The notes: generated by a model from the letters alone, not told the origin. 64,000 nt of DNA from an uncultured Bacteroidota bacterium (GCA_902536695.1 CACAYQ010000001.1:3400-67399), one strand, 5' to 3'; positions 52,294-63,084 are shown, counted from the first letter of the stretch. A program made the numbers and translations.

Positions 52294-53138
52294 GAAAATT
52301 TATCTATTTTTTTATTTTTCAGTGCATCTTCGTACACGTCTAAACGAAGTTTTTTTCTAAGCTGGTTGGCTCTTTGATTTAAAATGATGCTCTTTATTTT
52401 TTCTTTTTCAAAACTCATAGGAGATGTGCCATCTTTGATCAAATAATCATAAATATTTATAAAAAACATTTCATCCTCTGACTCTAAAATGACTTTTTTC
52501 TTTTTCTTAATGAAATATATTTTTGTAAACTTTTCAAGTTGAGGAACTTGTTTTAATAAGTCATCATAATAGATCCATTCATCGGGATTGTAATAGAACG
52601 AATTCGCTTCTTTTTGTGCTGTAGCCATTAAATCATCAATCATACTTTCATTGTAAATATGATAGTACTTTTTAAACTCTTTAATTTTTTTTGAATTTTT
52701 AGGTACTTTAACATACAGGCATTTAACGACATAATCATTTAATACGAAGTCATCCAAATGATTATTGTAGTAATCTTGAATCTCAAAGGAATTAATATTG
52801 GTATCAAGTCTTTTATTTACATAAAATTGCTCAAACTCGTGGGATATCAATGATAGTTTATACTTCTTCATTTTCTTTTCAACTTCCCTAACCTCATTGG
52901 GGATCAATTCTTCCGCTTTTTTAGTAATCAAATGATCTACAATCCAGTTATGAATGTAATTCTCCACGAAAACTAGACTGTCCTCTGGATCTAGGTTGAG
53001 AGGTATTTCACTGATTAAGTCGGTCTTAGTCAATTGGATTTCACCCACTTTAGCTAGTGGTGGCTCGCTATTTTTTTCCTCACAACAAAAGAAAGTGAAG
53101 AATGTAATGGTAATTGCTAATGGAAGTCTAAGATTCAA
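52290..53138 (-). CDS. hypothetical lipoprotein, SurA-N-like chaperone domain without a parvulin domain
   Basis: 282 aa with a Cys-containing signal end (FTFFCCEE). It is sandwiched by 4-nt overlaps between two PPIase genes. No PPIase motif was seen. Confidence 0.45.
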   Translation of the reverse strand: MNLRLPLAITITFFTFFCCEEKNSEPPLAKVGEIQLTKTDLISEIPLNLDPEDSLVFVENYIHNWIVDHLITKKAEELIPNEVREVEKKMKKYKLSLISHEFEQFYVNKRLDTNINSFEIQDYYNNHLDDFVLNDYVVKCLYVKVPKNSKKIKEFKKYYHIYNESMIDDLMATAQKEANSFYYNPDEWIYYDDLLKQVPQLEKFTKIYFIKKKKKVILESEDEMFFINIYDYLIKDGTSPMSFEKEKIKSIILNQRANQLRKKLRLDVYEDALKNKKIDKFS

Positions 53139-55084
53139 CGATTTGGTTTTTCTTTTATGCTGTAAAGCGCATCGTAATTTACGGTTATTTCATTCTCAGA
53201 TCTTAATTTTTTAATCCATTCTTTTTCAAGGTGGTTTTGGTAAGCGGAAACGATAATACCCTCTGCTTCATTAAGTAATTTATTTCTGGAGTCTAATTTT
53301 TCGTACACGTTTAGAATAATAAATTTTTCATTCACCTTTATGGGTTTAGTTATACCTTCACTAAGCTCATTATATGACATATTAAAATCATTGAATTCAT
53401 CCAACGTCTTTTTATTTAATTCTACGTTCAAATCATCTTGATTCACGATTTTTTGGATAGAATCATATTTTATTTTTTTACTCAGTAGCTTGTAAATCTT
53501 TTTTGCTGTTTTTTTATCCTGAGTTGTATAAATCTCGGTTTTAGCTCTGTTGGGGTATTTCCATGTATGTTGATTTTTTTCATAGAATAATTTAAGACCA
53601 CTCGTATCTTTAATGGCTTTACTCCAAATCATTTGATCAGAAATATCGAATAGAAGAATGCCATCTCTGTATTCTTTTAATAAAGCTTTAAAATCAGGGT
53701 ATTTTAACGGAAGTTGTGTCTTTTCGTATTCAATCAAATTTAAATTTAAAAATTGGTTGTACTTTTCTGAAATGAGTTTGACATCACTCTTATATTTTCC
53801 TAGCTGTTTGGAGGTGTTTGACAGAAATACGATGAAATCTTTGTAAGTGAATCGATTTTCTGTAAAATCCACTATCACATTATCTATGCTTTTAGGTCTT
53901 GTATTTTTTCGTATTTCAATAGAATCAAAATATTTATTTGATAATATATTTTGCACAGTTTTTGGATCGAAGGTTTCTTTTAAAGCGTATGTAATTTTAA
54001 GTGAGTTAATGAAGGAGGAACGAGTTTTTTGAGCTCTAGCGTCTTTTTGTATTTTGTTTTTTAGTTCATATCGAAGATCCTCGTATGACTTTACATCTTC
54101 AAAATCTAATCTTTTGGCAATATGCCATCCGTTCGGAGTTTGAAATGGTTTAGAAATTTCATTATTTACGTTTAAATTAAATACCGCATTTTCAAATGAT
54201 GGATACACATTACCTCCTGATGAAATCCAACCTAATTCACCGCCTTTCTGAGCAGATTTACGGTCGTTTGACGATTCTTTTGCTATTTCTTCAAATGATT
54301 CGCCATTCATAATAGAAGAATAAATAGCATCGATTTTTTCTTTGGCGTTATTGCAATCACTTTGCTTTTTCGAGTCACAAACGATCATAATGTGAGCAGC
54401 TTTTACCCTTCCTTTTGCTTTGCGTAGATTATGAGGTTTAACAAGATGATATCCAAATCTAGTTCTTACAATTGGAGAAACTTTGCCAATTGCTGTGTTG
54501 TAGGCTGCATTTTCAAAAGGATAAACCATTTTGAAGGCATTAAAGTACCCTAAATTTCCTTTATCCATTTTTCCAGATGGGCAATGCGATAACTCTTCGG
54601 CCAGTTCACCAAATGAGGATTTTGTATTTGCTAACGCTTTTGAAATAGAATCAATGGTTCTCCAAGCTTTTAACGTATCCAATGGAGATGATGTGGGCGA
54701 CACTTTAATCATGATGTGACTGGCCTCAATTTCATTGATCGTTCTGAAATAAGCTTCCTTAATCAATGCCTCATTGATTGCCGTGTCTATTAGATATGGT
54801 TTTTCCAATTGAATTTTATAGCCATTTAACTCGTTTATGAATTTATTCATGGTATCTAGTCCTAATTTCTCAGCGGCTAAAACTTTTAGTTTGAAATTGA
54901 TAAATAAGTCAATGTATTCATCAAGGTCTTCTTTGGTAGCTAATTTTTCTTTTTTATTCTTCCAATAAATTTGTTCAAACTCAGACTTGTAAACTTTGTT
55001 TCCGTTTATGCTAAGTATGTCTATTTCCTGAGAATAAAAGTTAGCGTAAATAAATACAATTGAAAATAACCAGGTCAGTTTCAT
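53135..55084 (-). CDS. peptidyl-prolyl cis-trans isomerase (PpiC/parvulin type, two domains; SurA/PpiD-like)
   Basis: 649 aa with a signal peptide. Parvulin strings ASHIMIKV...GNLGYF...GYHLVK and AAHIMIV...GELGWI...GWHIAK. Confidence 0.85.
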   Translation of the reverse strand: MKLTWLFSIVFIYANFYSQEIDILSINGNKVYKSEFEQIYWKNKKEKLATKEDLDEYIDLFINFKLKVLAAEKLGLDTMNKFINELNGYKIQLEKPYLIDTAINEALIKEAYFRTINEIEASHIMIKVSPTSSPLDTLKAWRTIDSISKALANTKSSFGELAEELSHCPSGKMDKGNLGYFNAFKMVYPFENAAYNTAIGKVSPIVRTRFGYHLVKPHNLRKAKGRVKAAHIMIVCDSKKQSDCNNAKEKIDAIYSSIMNGESFEEIAKESSNDRKSAQKGGELGWISSGGNVYPSFENAVFNLNVNNEISKPFQTPNGWHIAKRLDFEDVKSYEDLRYELKNKIQKDARAQKTRSSFINSLKITYALKETFDPKTVQNILSNKYFDSIEIRKNTRPKSIDNVIVDFTENRFTYKDFIVFLSNTSKQLGKYKSDVKLISEKYNQFLNLNLIEYEKTQLPLKYPDFKALLKEYRDGILLFDISDQMIWSKAIKDTSGLKLFYEKNQHTWKYPNRAKTEIYTTQDKKTAKKIYKLLSKKIKYDSIQKIVNQDDLNVELNKKTLDEFNDFNMSYNELSEGITKPIKVNEKFIILNVYEKLDSRNKLLNEAEGIIVSAYQNHLEKEWIKKLRSENEITVNYDALYSIKEKPNR

Positions 55085-55102
55085 TTTATTAATTTTATGA
55101 TT

Positions 55103-56623
55103 TTATCTTAGATTGTAATTTGGAGCTTCTCTTGTTATTGCTACATCATGTGGATGACTTTCAACCATACCTGATTGTGTAATTTTCACAAATTTTGCTC
55201 CTTTTAATGATTCTAAATTATCTGCTCCACAGTACCCCATCCCAGCTCTTAATCCTCCAATTAGTTGATGCATCACCTCCTTTAACGTACCCTTATAAGG
55301 AACTCTTGCAGAAATACCTTCAGGGACTAATTTTTTGATATCATCTTCATTTTCCTGGAAATAACGGTCTTTGGAACCCTTCTGCATAGCTTCAAGGGAC
55401 CCCATTCCGCGATATGACTTGAATTTTCTCCCTTCGTAAATTATGGTTTCTCCTGGAGATTCTTCTGTACCGGCAAACATGGACCCCATCATTACACTAC
55501 TTGCACCAGCAGCTAGAGCTTTTGGTATATCACCGGTAAATCTAATTCCTCCGTCTGCAATTACGGGAATACCAGCATCTTTAAGTGCACTAGCTACATT
55601 CATAATAGCAGATAATTGTGGCATGCCCACACCTGCAATTACTCTAGTGGTACATATCGACCCTGGGCCAATTCCAACCTTAATGCCGTCAGCCCCAGCG
55701 TGAGCTAAATCTTTTGCGGCATCACCTGTAGCTATATTTCCCACAACTACATCCAAATTTTTAAATTCCTTTTTTACTTCTTTTAATAAATGAATAACAC
55801 CTTTAGAATGACCATGAGCCGTGTCAATTACAATAGCGTCAACGCCTGAATTCACTAAGGCTTCAATCCTTTCGAAAGTATCTTTCGAAACACCTACTGC
55901 TGCTGCAACTCTGAGTCTTCCAAACTCATCTTTACAACTAAACGGATGTTGTTTTACTTTGATAATATCTTTAAATGTGATTAGGCCAACTAATTTGTTT
56001 TCATTATCTGTAATAAGTAGTTTTTCAATCTTATGCTGTTGCAAAATGTTTTCAGCTTTGACGAGGTCAACATCCTCCTTGGCAGTAACTAGTTTGTCCT
56101 TAGTCATTACTTCACTCACTTTTTTCTTCAGATTTTTTTCAAATCTTAAATCTCTGTTGGTCACAATACCTATAAGTTTTTTTACGCTATCCACTACAGG
56201 GATTCCTCCAATTTTATATTCAGCCATTAGTAAAAGAGCATCACCAATGGTAGCATTTTGATCTACTGTAATAGGGTCTAAAATCATTCCACTTTCAGAT
56301 CTTTTAACCTTTCTAACTTCTTTCGCTTGATGTTCAATAGACATATTTTTGTGGATCACACCAATTCCACCTTGTTGAGCTATTGATATGGCTAGCTCAT
56401 GTTCTGTAACCGTGTCCATGGCTGCGGATACGATAGGGGTATTTATTTTAATGTTTCTTGAAAAGTGGGTTGAAAGAGTCACTTGGTGAGGCAAAATTTC
56501 CGAGTATGCTGGAACTAGAAGCACATCGTCATATGTCAGACCCTCGCCTATAAATTTTGATTTATTTTCTTCGATCATATCATAAAGTTGGGCAAATTTA
56601 GCAAAATCAATGTATTCCTGCAC
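55103..56623 (-). CDS. guaB: IMP dehydrogenase
   Basis: [11 protein letters not shown], a CBS pair, the catalytic loop [11 protein letters not shown] and GGIRFTGD. The ATG at 56578 ([18 protein letters not shown], 491 aa) fits family length better than the 506-aa ORF start. Confidence 0.95.
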   Translation of the reverse strand: MQEYIDFAKFAQLYDMIEENKSKFIGEGLTYDDVLLVPAYSEILPHQVTLSTHFSRNIKINTPIVSAAMDTVTEHELAISIAQQGGIGVIHKNMSIEHQAKEVRKVKRSESGMILDPITVDQNATIGDALLLMAEYKIGGIPVVDSVKKLIGIVTNRDLRFEKNLKKKVSEVMTKDKLVTAKEDVDLVKAENILQQHKIEKLLITDNENKLVGLITFKDIIKVKQHPFSCKDEFGRLRVAAAVGVSKDTFERIEALVNSGVDAIVIDTAHGHSKGVIHLLKEVKKEFKNLDVVVGNIATGDAAKDLAHAGADGIKVGIGPGSICTTRVIAGVGMPQLSAIMNVASALKDAGIPVIADGGIRFTGDIPKALAAGASSVMMGSMFAGTEESPGETIIYEGRKFKSYRGMGSLEAMQKGSKDRYFQENEDDIKKLVPEGISARVPYKGTLKEVMHQLIGGLRAGMGYCGADNLESLKGAKFVKITQSGMVESHPHDVAITREAPNYNLR

Positions 56624-56707
56624 TTACTCAAGTACTTTTAAGATTAGTTTAACATATGTTGATTTTATAGTTTATTTTTGAGCTAGCTTTTTTACTTTCG
56701 CAGCGAA

Positions 56708-57637
56708 TTGAAAAAAATTGTTTACATACTAGTAACCATCTTAAACTTTAACTCACTTTATACAAGTGCTCAATCTGATGCTCTATATAGTCAGTACATG
56801 TTTAATCAATTTACTATCAACCCAGCTTATGCAGGTTCAAGAGATGCGTTAAGTACTGTGTTGTTGTATCGCAGTCAATGGACTGGATTAGAAGATGCAC
56901 CCAAAACAGTTAATGTGTCAGCTCATTCACCTTTTCATAGAAAAAATATGGCATTGGGCGTTAATTTTATGATGGATGAGTTAGGCCCTACAAAAGTTCA
57001 GTCTGTTCAGGGTACTTATGCATACCACATAAAAACCAATTTTGGTGATTTTTCAATGGGGGTCCGAAGTGGTATAATTTCGGTGCAAAATAATCAGGGT
57101 GTTTTAAACTTTTACAATGATCAATTGTATGGAAATAACACCATGATTAGTGCAGTTATTCCCAATGTAGATTTTGGAATGTACTTTTTTACGGATATGT
57201 TCTATGCTGGAGTTAGTGCTAGTCATTTGTTAGAAGACAATTTTGCACTGAATAATAATAGACAAGATAGTTTATCTAGTTTTGAACTTCAGCGCTACTT
57301 TAATTTAGCTTCTGGCGGAGTATATGAGATCAATCAGAATATATTATTTAAACCATCATTTCTAATTAAATTTTCACCTCTTAGCCCCATTAACTATGAT
57401 TTGAATGCAAGTTTACTATTGAAAAAAGTATTATGGGTAGGCTTTTCCTATCGTTCAACTCAAAATCTAGTTTGTCTGTTTGAAATCAATATTACCGATC
57501 AAATGAGGTTTGGATATAGTTATGACTATGATTTTAGCGCAGTGAGAACAACAAGTTCTGGGTCCCATGAAATATTCATTGGTTTTGATAAGTTACTGAA
57601 TAAAAAGGTACCTAATGTATCACCAAGATTTTTTTAA
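56708..57637 (+). CDS. T9SS membrane protein, PorP/SprF family
   Basis: 309 aa. Signal peptide, then the family N-terminal signature DALYSQYMFNQFTINPAYAGS. Beta-barrel-like remainder ends GSHEIFIGF. Confidence 0.88.
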   Translation: MKKIVYILVTILNFNSLYTSAQSDALYSQYMFNQFTINPAYAGSRDALSTVLLYRSQWTGLEDAPKTVNVSAHSPFHRKNMALGVNFMMDELGPTKVQSVQGTYAYHIKTNFGDFSMGVRSGIISVQNNQGVLNFYNDQLYGNNTMISAVIPNVDFGMYFFTDMFYAGVSASHLLEDNFALNNNRQDSLSSFELQRYFNLASGGVYEINQNILFKPSFLIKFSPLSPINYDLNASLLLKKVLWVGFSYRSTQNLVCLFEINITDQMRFGYSYDYDFSAVRTTSSGSHEIFIGFDKLLNKKVPNVSPRFF

Positions 57638-60033
57638 TGAATAAATTGATTAGGCCAATATTGTTTTCATTTTTTGTGATTTTGACCACTAACGTCTTTT
57701 CAATAGAAAGAGATTCTCTGAGGGTTAAAAAAGAGCGAATTTTCGAGGTGTTTGAAACATTTGGATTAAACTCAACCTATTCAGATATTTCTCCAGTTTT
57801 TTTTAACACAGAACTGGTTTTTTGTTCTAACCGAGAATGGAATAAAAACACATATGGAATGTCTGATTGGAGTGAGACAAATCATTACAATATTTTTAGG
57901 TCATCTGTAAATTTTACCACCGTAGATTCAGTAGCTTTTGAAAAAGTGAAAATTTTTAATCACTTTTTAGTATCTCATTTAAATGTAGGTCCAATCACTT
58001 TTGACAAAGCTTTTAAAAATGCGGTGTATGTTGAAAATGAATATGTCGGTAAAAACAAGAGAAATGGAGATAACAATTTGAATGTTCAATTATATAGTTT
58101 GGTGATTGAGGATGGGAAACTTAGGGACAAAGAAAAATTAATTTTTTGTGATTCAAAATACAATTATTCACATCCTACACTTTCTGATGACGGTAGGTTG
58201 CTGGTGTTTTCATCAGACATGCCATGTAAGCATGAAGGATTAAATTTATTTTATTCTACAAAAGATGAAGGGGAGTGGTCGAACCCTAAACCTCTGGAAG
58301 GTATAAATAGTGATGCTAATGAAATATTTCCGATGATTGAGGGCAAAGATTTATATTTCTCCTCTAATGGCTATGAAACACAAGGAGGCTATGATTTGTT
58401 TGTAGCTCATAAAGTTGATAGTTCAAATGACATTTCAGATCAATGGTCCAATCATTTCAACCTTGGAGGTAATATAAATTCTGAGCAAGATGATTTTGGC
58501 ATCGTCTTCAATGTGGATGGGTCTACTGGCTATTTTGTTTCTGACAGAAATGATACTATTCAGGATCAAATTAACGATGATGATATTTTTTCATTTGAAA
58601 TGATTGAAAAAGCCATTTTTAATAATGAATTTCAAAATTTATCCGGAAAGTTTGAATATTTCAAACTTAAAGATGCTCCTTCCAACTTAGAAGTTATGCT
58701 TCTTGATGATGAGGGCAATGTGTTCGCAGTTACCTCAACGGATGATAATGGACATTTTAATTTTGATTATATCCCAGCCGGAAAAAAGTATACCATTAAA
58801 TTAAATACGGAAGGAGATGTTGTGCTTACCTTGTTTCAAGAAGATGACAATACCATGTTACTTTCAAATGAAAATGGAGAATTTATTTTCAGAAAGCTAG
58901 CAACAGATTATGTAGGAACATTGAGTCTAATTGATGAAGGTGACATTAATTTAGATATTGGATTCTATGACTTTAGGGGTCAGATTGAATTCCAAAAATT
59001 GATTGGGGATCAATCATCCAAAAAGATGATGGTTTACCTTGTTGATGAAGATGGCAATATTGTAATGCAAACAGAAACAGATGAATTTGGAAATTTTATT
59101 TTTGAAAAACTTCCTTACGGGTCTAATTATCTTGTTAAAGTAGATGAGAACAGTGACCTGCTTCTAAAAATTTACAATAATGTAGATCATTTAATGGCTA
59201 CCCTCACGAATAGTCCTTCAGGAATATTTAATTACAGACTTTTAGATTATGAAAAGACTACAAACCTGTCCTTATTCAATGACGAACTGGATAATTTATT
59301 TTTTTCCGAAGAACGAATGCTAATCACAGGTCTTTTTAAGCTCAAAGATGGTGTTAATGAAAAGATAAGGTTTGAAGTCCTTGATATGGACGGAAACTTG
59401 TTGTTAGTCTCCGAAACAGATGAATTTGGAAGATTTAAATTAGAAGATTTACCATTACTCGAAGATTTAATATTTAAAATTGATGAGGGTTCTGTATATT
59501 ATGATCAAGATTTACTAATCGAAATTCTAACTAGAGATAACCGGGTACTTGTGACCCTAGATAAAGGAGAGTATGGAATGTTTGAGTTTAAAAGATTGGT
59601 TTCCTCAAAGTATCATTTAACTTCTATTGAAGAGCTTCAAGATGAGATAGAAATGGCAAAAGAAGAAAGAAAATTACGTATAGAAAATTACGTAGTGTAT
59701 TACCCTTCAAATGTATTTAAAATTGGAGAAGAATACCTTCCCCATTTAGATACATTATACATGACACTTGATGAGTATCCAGATGCAAAAATTCAAATTC
59801 ATTCCCATGCAAGTTCTACAGCCTCAGCTTCTTATAACATGAAATTATCTGTAAAGAGAATGAATGCAATAGTAAGTTATTTCAAAAATAGGGGGGTCGC
59901 ATCTTCTCGTATGAATTTCAAAGCTTATGGAGAGTCTAAATTGCTTAATCAGTGTGGTAATGATAATGAATGCGAGGACGAAATGCATCAAATTAACCGT
60001 AGAACTGAGCTGAAAATAATTCTTAAGAATTAG
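57637..60033 (+). CDS. OmpA-family protein with TolB-like (PD40) repeats and three CarboxypepD_reg-like repeats
   Basis: 798 aa. PD40-type HPTLSDDGRLLVFSSD. Three about 115-aa repeats each contain ...D.DGN......TDE/D.G.F.F..LP.... C-terminal OmpA domain ends NRRTELKI. The start overlaps the PorP/SprF stop by 1 nt. Confidence 0.8.
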   Translation: MNKLIRPILFSFFVILTTNVFSIERDSLRVKKERIFEVFETFGLNSTYSDISPVFFNTELVFCSNREWNKNTYGMSDWSETNHYNIFRSSVNFTTVDSVAFEKVKIFNHFLVSHLNVGPITFDKAFKNAVYVENEYVGKNKRNGDNNLNVQLYSLVIEDGKLRDKEKLIFCDSKYNYSHPTLSDDGRLLVFSSDMPCKHEGLNLFYSTKDEGEWSNPKPLEGINSDANEIFPMIEGKDLYFSSNGYETQGGYDLFVAHKVDSSNDISDQWSNHFNLGGNINSEQDDFGIVFNVDGSTGYFVSDRNDTIQDQINDDDIFSFEMIEKAIFNNEFQNLSGKFEYFKLKDAPSNLEVMLLDDEGNVFAVTSTDDNGHFNFDYIPAGKKYTIKLNTEGDVVLTLFQEDDNTMLLSNENGEFIFRKLATDYVGTLSLIDEGDINLDIGFYDFRGQIEFQKLIGDQSSKKMMVYLVDEDGNIVMQTETDEFGNFIFEKLPYGSNYLVKVDENSDLLLKIYNNVDHLMATLTNSPSGIFNYRLLDYEKTTNLSLFNDELDNLFFSEERMLITGLFKLKDGVNEKIRFEVLDMDGNLLLVSETDEFGRFKLEDLPLLEDLIFKIDEGSVYYDQDLLIEILTRDNRVLVTLDKGEYGMFEFKRLVSSKYHLTSIEELQDEIEMAKEERKLRIENYVVYYPSNVFKIGEEYLPHLDTLYMTLDEYPDAKIQIHSHASSTASASYNMKLSVKRMNAIVSYFKNRGVASSRMNFKAYGESKLLNQCGNDNECEDEMHQINRRTELKIILKN

Positions 60034-60034
60034 G

Positions 60035-61678
60035 CTAGTTTTCGTACACTATTTCACCATCGACTATAGTGTATAGCACTTTTGAATTAAGAATCTCGTT
60101 TTCTTCACACGTAATCAAATCCGTGTTCAAAATAGTTAAATCAGCTGCTTTACCTTCTTCAATAGATCCTTTTTCATTCTCCTCAAAATTTGCAATAGCA
60201 GCCCAAATAGTCATTCCTTTTAGGGCATCAACTCTGCTAAGTGATTCGTCTGGTTGAAAACCACCAAGTGGTTTGTCATCATAATTTTTTCTAAATGTAG
60301 CCGCGTAAAATGTATGAATGGGATTTATTTTTTCAACTGGGAAGTCAGTCCCAAGAGCAATAAGATTATTTTGATTTTTGAGTTGATAATATCGGTAACA
60401 GTTTTCAAGCCTTTTAATTCCTAATCTTTGGATGGCCCAACTAAAGTCAGATGTGGCGTGAGTAGGTTGAACAGATGGAATGATATTATGTTTACCTAGT
60501 ATTTCAATATCTTTATCTGTAATACATTGTACATGTTCGATTCTCCATCTTAGGTCATTAGATCCATCTAAAACATTTGCGTATGAACTAGTTATGATTC
60601 TATTAGCAGAATCACCAATAGCATGGGTGCATGCTTGGAATCCATATAATTTTAACGTGTTTAATTTGGTGTTGAAAGTATCAATATTTTGTAAGAGTTG
60701 ACCATGAGTTCTTTGGTTATCTAAATAAGGATTAATTAAACATGCACCTCTAGATCCTAACGAACCATCAGCAAAAAACTTAAATGACCTTACATTCATT
60801 TTTTTCGTTTTAATAGGCCCATTCGAATTAATAACATAATGATTAAAATTTTCTTCATTATCCGTAAGCATGATATATGTTTTTATTTTGAGCTCTTCTG
60901 AATTATGAAGTTTATCAATAAGTTCAACACTTCCTTTAGTTAGACCTGCAATATCAACCGTAGTTAGACCTAATGAAAAACAGGTATTTTGTGCTGTTAT
61001 TAAAGCTTTTTTATTTGTTTCTTCAGATGGTATGGGGACATGGTTCAAAATTAAATCCATGGCATTGTCAACAAATATTCCGGTTAATTCATGGTTAATA
61101 ATCTCTATGTGACCTCCATAAATTGTGGTATCTGGATTAATTTTAGAAGTTAAAATGGCTCTTTTATTAGCCATAAGCGCATGTCCATCAATTCTATTTA
61201 AAACTACATTATGATCTGGGAAAGTGTTGTTTAATTGTTCGTTAGTTGGCCATTTTTTTGTTGGCCAATTATTTTGATCCCAGCCATTTCCAATAATCCA
61301 TTTTGTGTCATTTTCATTTGCAAATTTTTTCAACTTTTCTAATACCTCATTAAATGAATGACATGATGTTAGATCTACTTGTTGTTTTTGCAATCCATAG
61401 CTTAACAGATGACAATGTGCGTCAATAAATCCTGGATATACTACATTACCTTTTAGATCTATTTTGTTGCTTGATTGGTATTTGTTTAAAATTTGATTGT
61501 TTTTTCCAAGACTTATAATTTTTCCATTTTGGATTGCAACAGCTTCATGAATATTTTCATTTACATCCAAAGAATAAATTTTACCATTATGTACAATTAA
61601 TTCTACATTTTCTTTCGAAATACATCCTGTAAGTAAATGGATTGCAACAAATATGAAGATTAAGCTATTTTTTTTCAT
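60035..61678 (-). CDS. metal-dependent amidohydrolase (Amidohydro_3-type)
   Basis: 547 aa with a lipoprotein signal (LLTGC). GFIDAHCHL metal-binding motif, HAIGD and the C-terminal GSIEEGKAADL. Confidence 0.85.
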   Translation of the reverse strand: MKKNSLIFIFVAIHLLTGCISKENVELIVHNGKIYSLDVNENIHEAVAIQNGKIISLGKNNQILNKYQSSNKIDLKGNVVYPGFIDAHCHLLSYGLQKQQVDLTSCHSFNEVLEKLKKFANENDTKWIIGNGWDQNNWPTKKWPTNEQLNNTFPDHNVVLNRIDGHALMANKRAILTSKINPDTTIYGGHIEIINHELTGIFVDNAMDLILNHVPIPSEETNKKALITAQNTCFSLGLTTVDIAGLTKGSVELIDKLHNSEELKIKTYIMLTDNEENFNHYVINSNGPIKTKKMNVRSFKFFADGSLGSRGACLINPYLDNQRTHGQLLQNIDTFNTKLNTLKLYGFQACTHAIGDSANRIITSSYANVLDGSNDLRWRIEHVQCITDKDIEILGKHNIIPSVQPTHATSDFSWAIQRLGIKRLENCYRYYQLKNQNNLIALGTDFPVEKINPIHTFYAATFRKNYDDKPLGGFQPDESLSRVDALKGMTIWAAIANFEENEKGSIEEGKAADLTILNTDLITCEENEILNSKVLYTIVDGEIVYEN

Positions 61679-62960
61679 GTTTTAAATTATGAATATGTAA
61701 TATATAAATACTTAAAATTAAGAATAATGTGCCGGGGATTTTGTACCGAACCAGTGCACCTATAACAGGTGTAGTTATCCCAATTAATGTGTATAGTAAT
61801 AAAGTAAATGATGTAAAGCTTATTATGTACATGTTATCTTTTATTTTTAGATGTATTTTTTGCGAAACAAAACGAAACAAAACGATAGAGATAAATGCTA
61901 AAATCAAGATACTTTCTATAAAAGGAAGAATATGTATTGTTTTTACTATGTCCCAGGGTAATGGTCTAAATAGCCCATTGAGTAAACCCATTGGAATAGC
62001 TGCTAAAAAATCAAGGAAACTGCTATTTACAAGTGGAATTTCAAAATAGCTTCCAGCCCGGTAAAATGTAGCAAGATTCGTGAAATCCTGCTGTTTAATG
62101 GATATTAATTCTATAGGGTCATACCCAAAGTTATAAAGGTGTAAAGCAAGGATGACGAGTAGAACGGTTAAATAAATACTTGACAATAATGGTAATGGTT
62201 TATACTGTTTTAAAGTACCTAAGGCTAACAATATAACAGTTGGAAGTATACAGCAAAAAATATAAAATTTAACTTTTAGCAGGATAACTAATCCAAGACC
62301 TAGTAAGACCCAATAAAACCATTTTTTTTCTTTCTTTTTGTGGATAGATAAGATGCCAAAAAGAAACATTCCTACCCCTAGTAAAATTAGAGGTTCTTTC
62401 AAAACACCAGCGCTCCATATAAATATAGACGGAAAAAGTACAATACTCCAGAACAGATATGTTATGTATTTGGAAGGATATAATAAAGCCAAACTTCTTA
62501 TCGTCAGTATTATTCCGATATATCCCAGCATAGTAAAAATAATCACGTTTACAACATAATTGTTTAAACTGATTAAATTGATGACAGCACATATTTTTAT
62601 TATTACTCTGGATTCATTTGTTATCACAGATTCGTAACTATTATCCCAATGATTCATATTAATAAAATAATCCATCAGAAAATGATCTTCATGTATACCA
62701 ATTATGATTTTAATGAAGTCTGAGGGGGAATCAAAAAATACTTGTGCTAAAGCAAGGCTGTCATCATAAAATTTAAAAATGTCAGCTGTCTGCCTGTCCC
62801 GGTAAATTTCGGTGTAAACATAATACAAGATAAACGCACCAAAAAGTTTTGTTACAAAGGCTAATGAAAGTTGAATATTTGAAATATTTTCAAATCTAAA
62901 AACTCTCCATTTTCTTATAAGGTAAAATGAACATAACAGATAAATTACGGCTAAAATCAA
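61665..62960 (-). CDS. polytopic integral membrane protein, function unknown
   Basis: 431 aa with about 10-12 hydrophobic segments. No motif recognised. The 3' end overlaps the amidohydrolase start by 14 nt. Confidence 0.5.
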   Translation of the reverse strand: MILAVIYLLCSFYLIRKWRVFRFENISNIQLSLAFVTKLFGAFILYYVYTEIYRDRQTADIFKFYDDSLALAQVFFDSPSDFIKIIIGIHEDHFLMDYFINMNHWDNSYESVITNESRVIIKICAVINLISLNNYVVNVIIFTMLGYIGIILTIRSLALLYPSKYITYLFWSIVLFPSIFIWSAGVLKEPLILLGVGMFLFGILSIHKKKEKKWFYWVLLGLGLVILLKVKFYIFCCILPTVILLALGTLKQYKPLPLLSSIYLTVLLVILALHLYNFGYDPIELISIKQQDFTNLATFYRAGSYFEIPLVNSSFLDFLAAIPMGLLNGLFRPLPWDIVKTIHILPFIESILILAFISIVLFRFVSQKIHLKIKDNMYIISFTSFTLLLYTLIGITTPVIGALVRYKIPGTLFLILSIYILHIHNLKHEKK

Positions 62961-63084
62961 TAGTTCAATTTTTTCATTTCAGTAAAATAATTGAAAACCG
63001 CTAACATATGTTAGTAAATGATGTAAAATTTAGTAGTTGCTCATATAAGTTTAATTATTTTTGTCCCGTTTTAAAATAAATATA

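Noticed and set aside
55821-56261. 146-aa plus-strand ORF, plus an 86-aa ORF at 55443..55703.
   Set aside because: Both are antisense to the unambiguous guaB gene. They are Ser/Thr/Leu-rich shadow translations, not genes.
56579-56623. 15-aa N-terminal extension of guaB implied by the ORF track.
   Set aside because: IMPDH proteins normally start a few residues before the G-L-T-[FY]-D-D-V-L-L-V-P string. The internal ATG at 56578 is the more likely start. I kept the ORF coordinates in the feature table with this caveat.
62961-63084. Possible purine riboswitch or leader upstream of purL.
   Set aside because: I could not find the conserved purine-riboswitch junction sequences or a three-way-junction pairing in this 124-bp AT-rich spacer.
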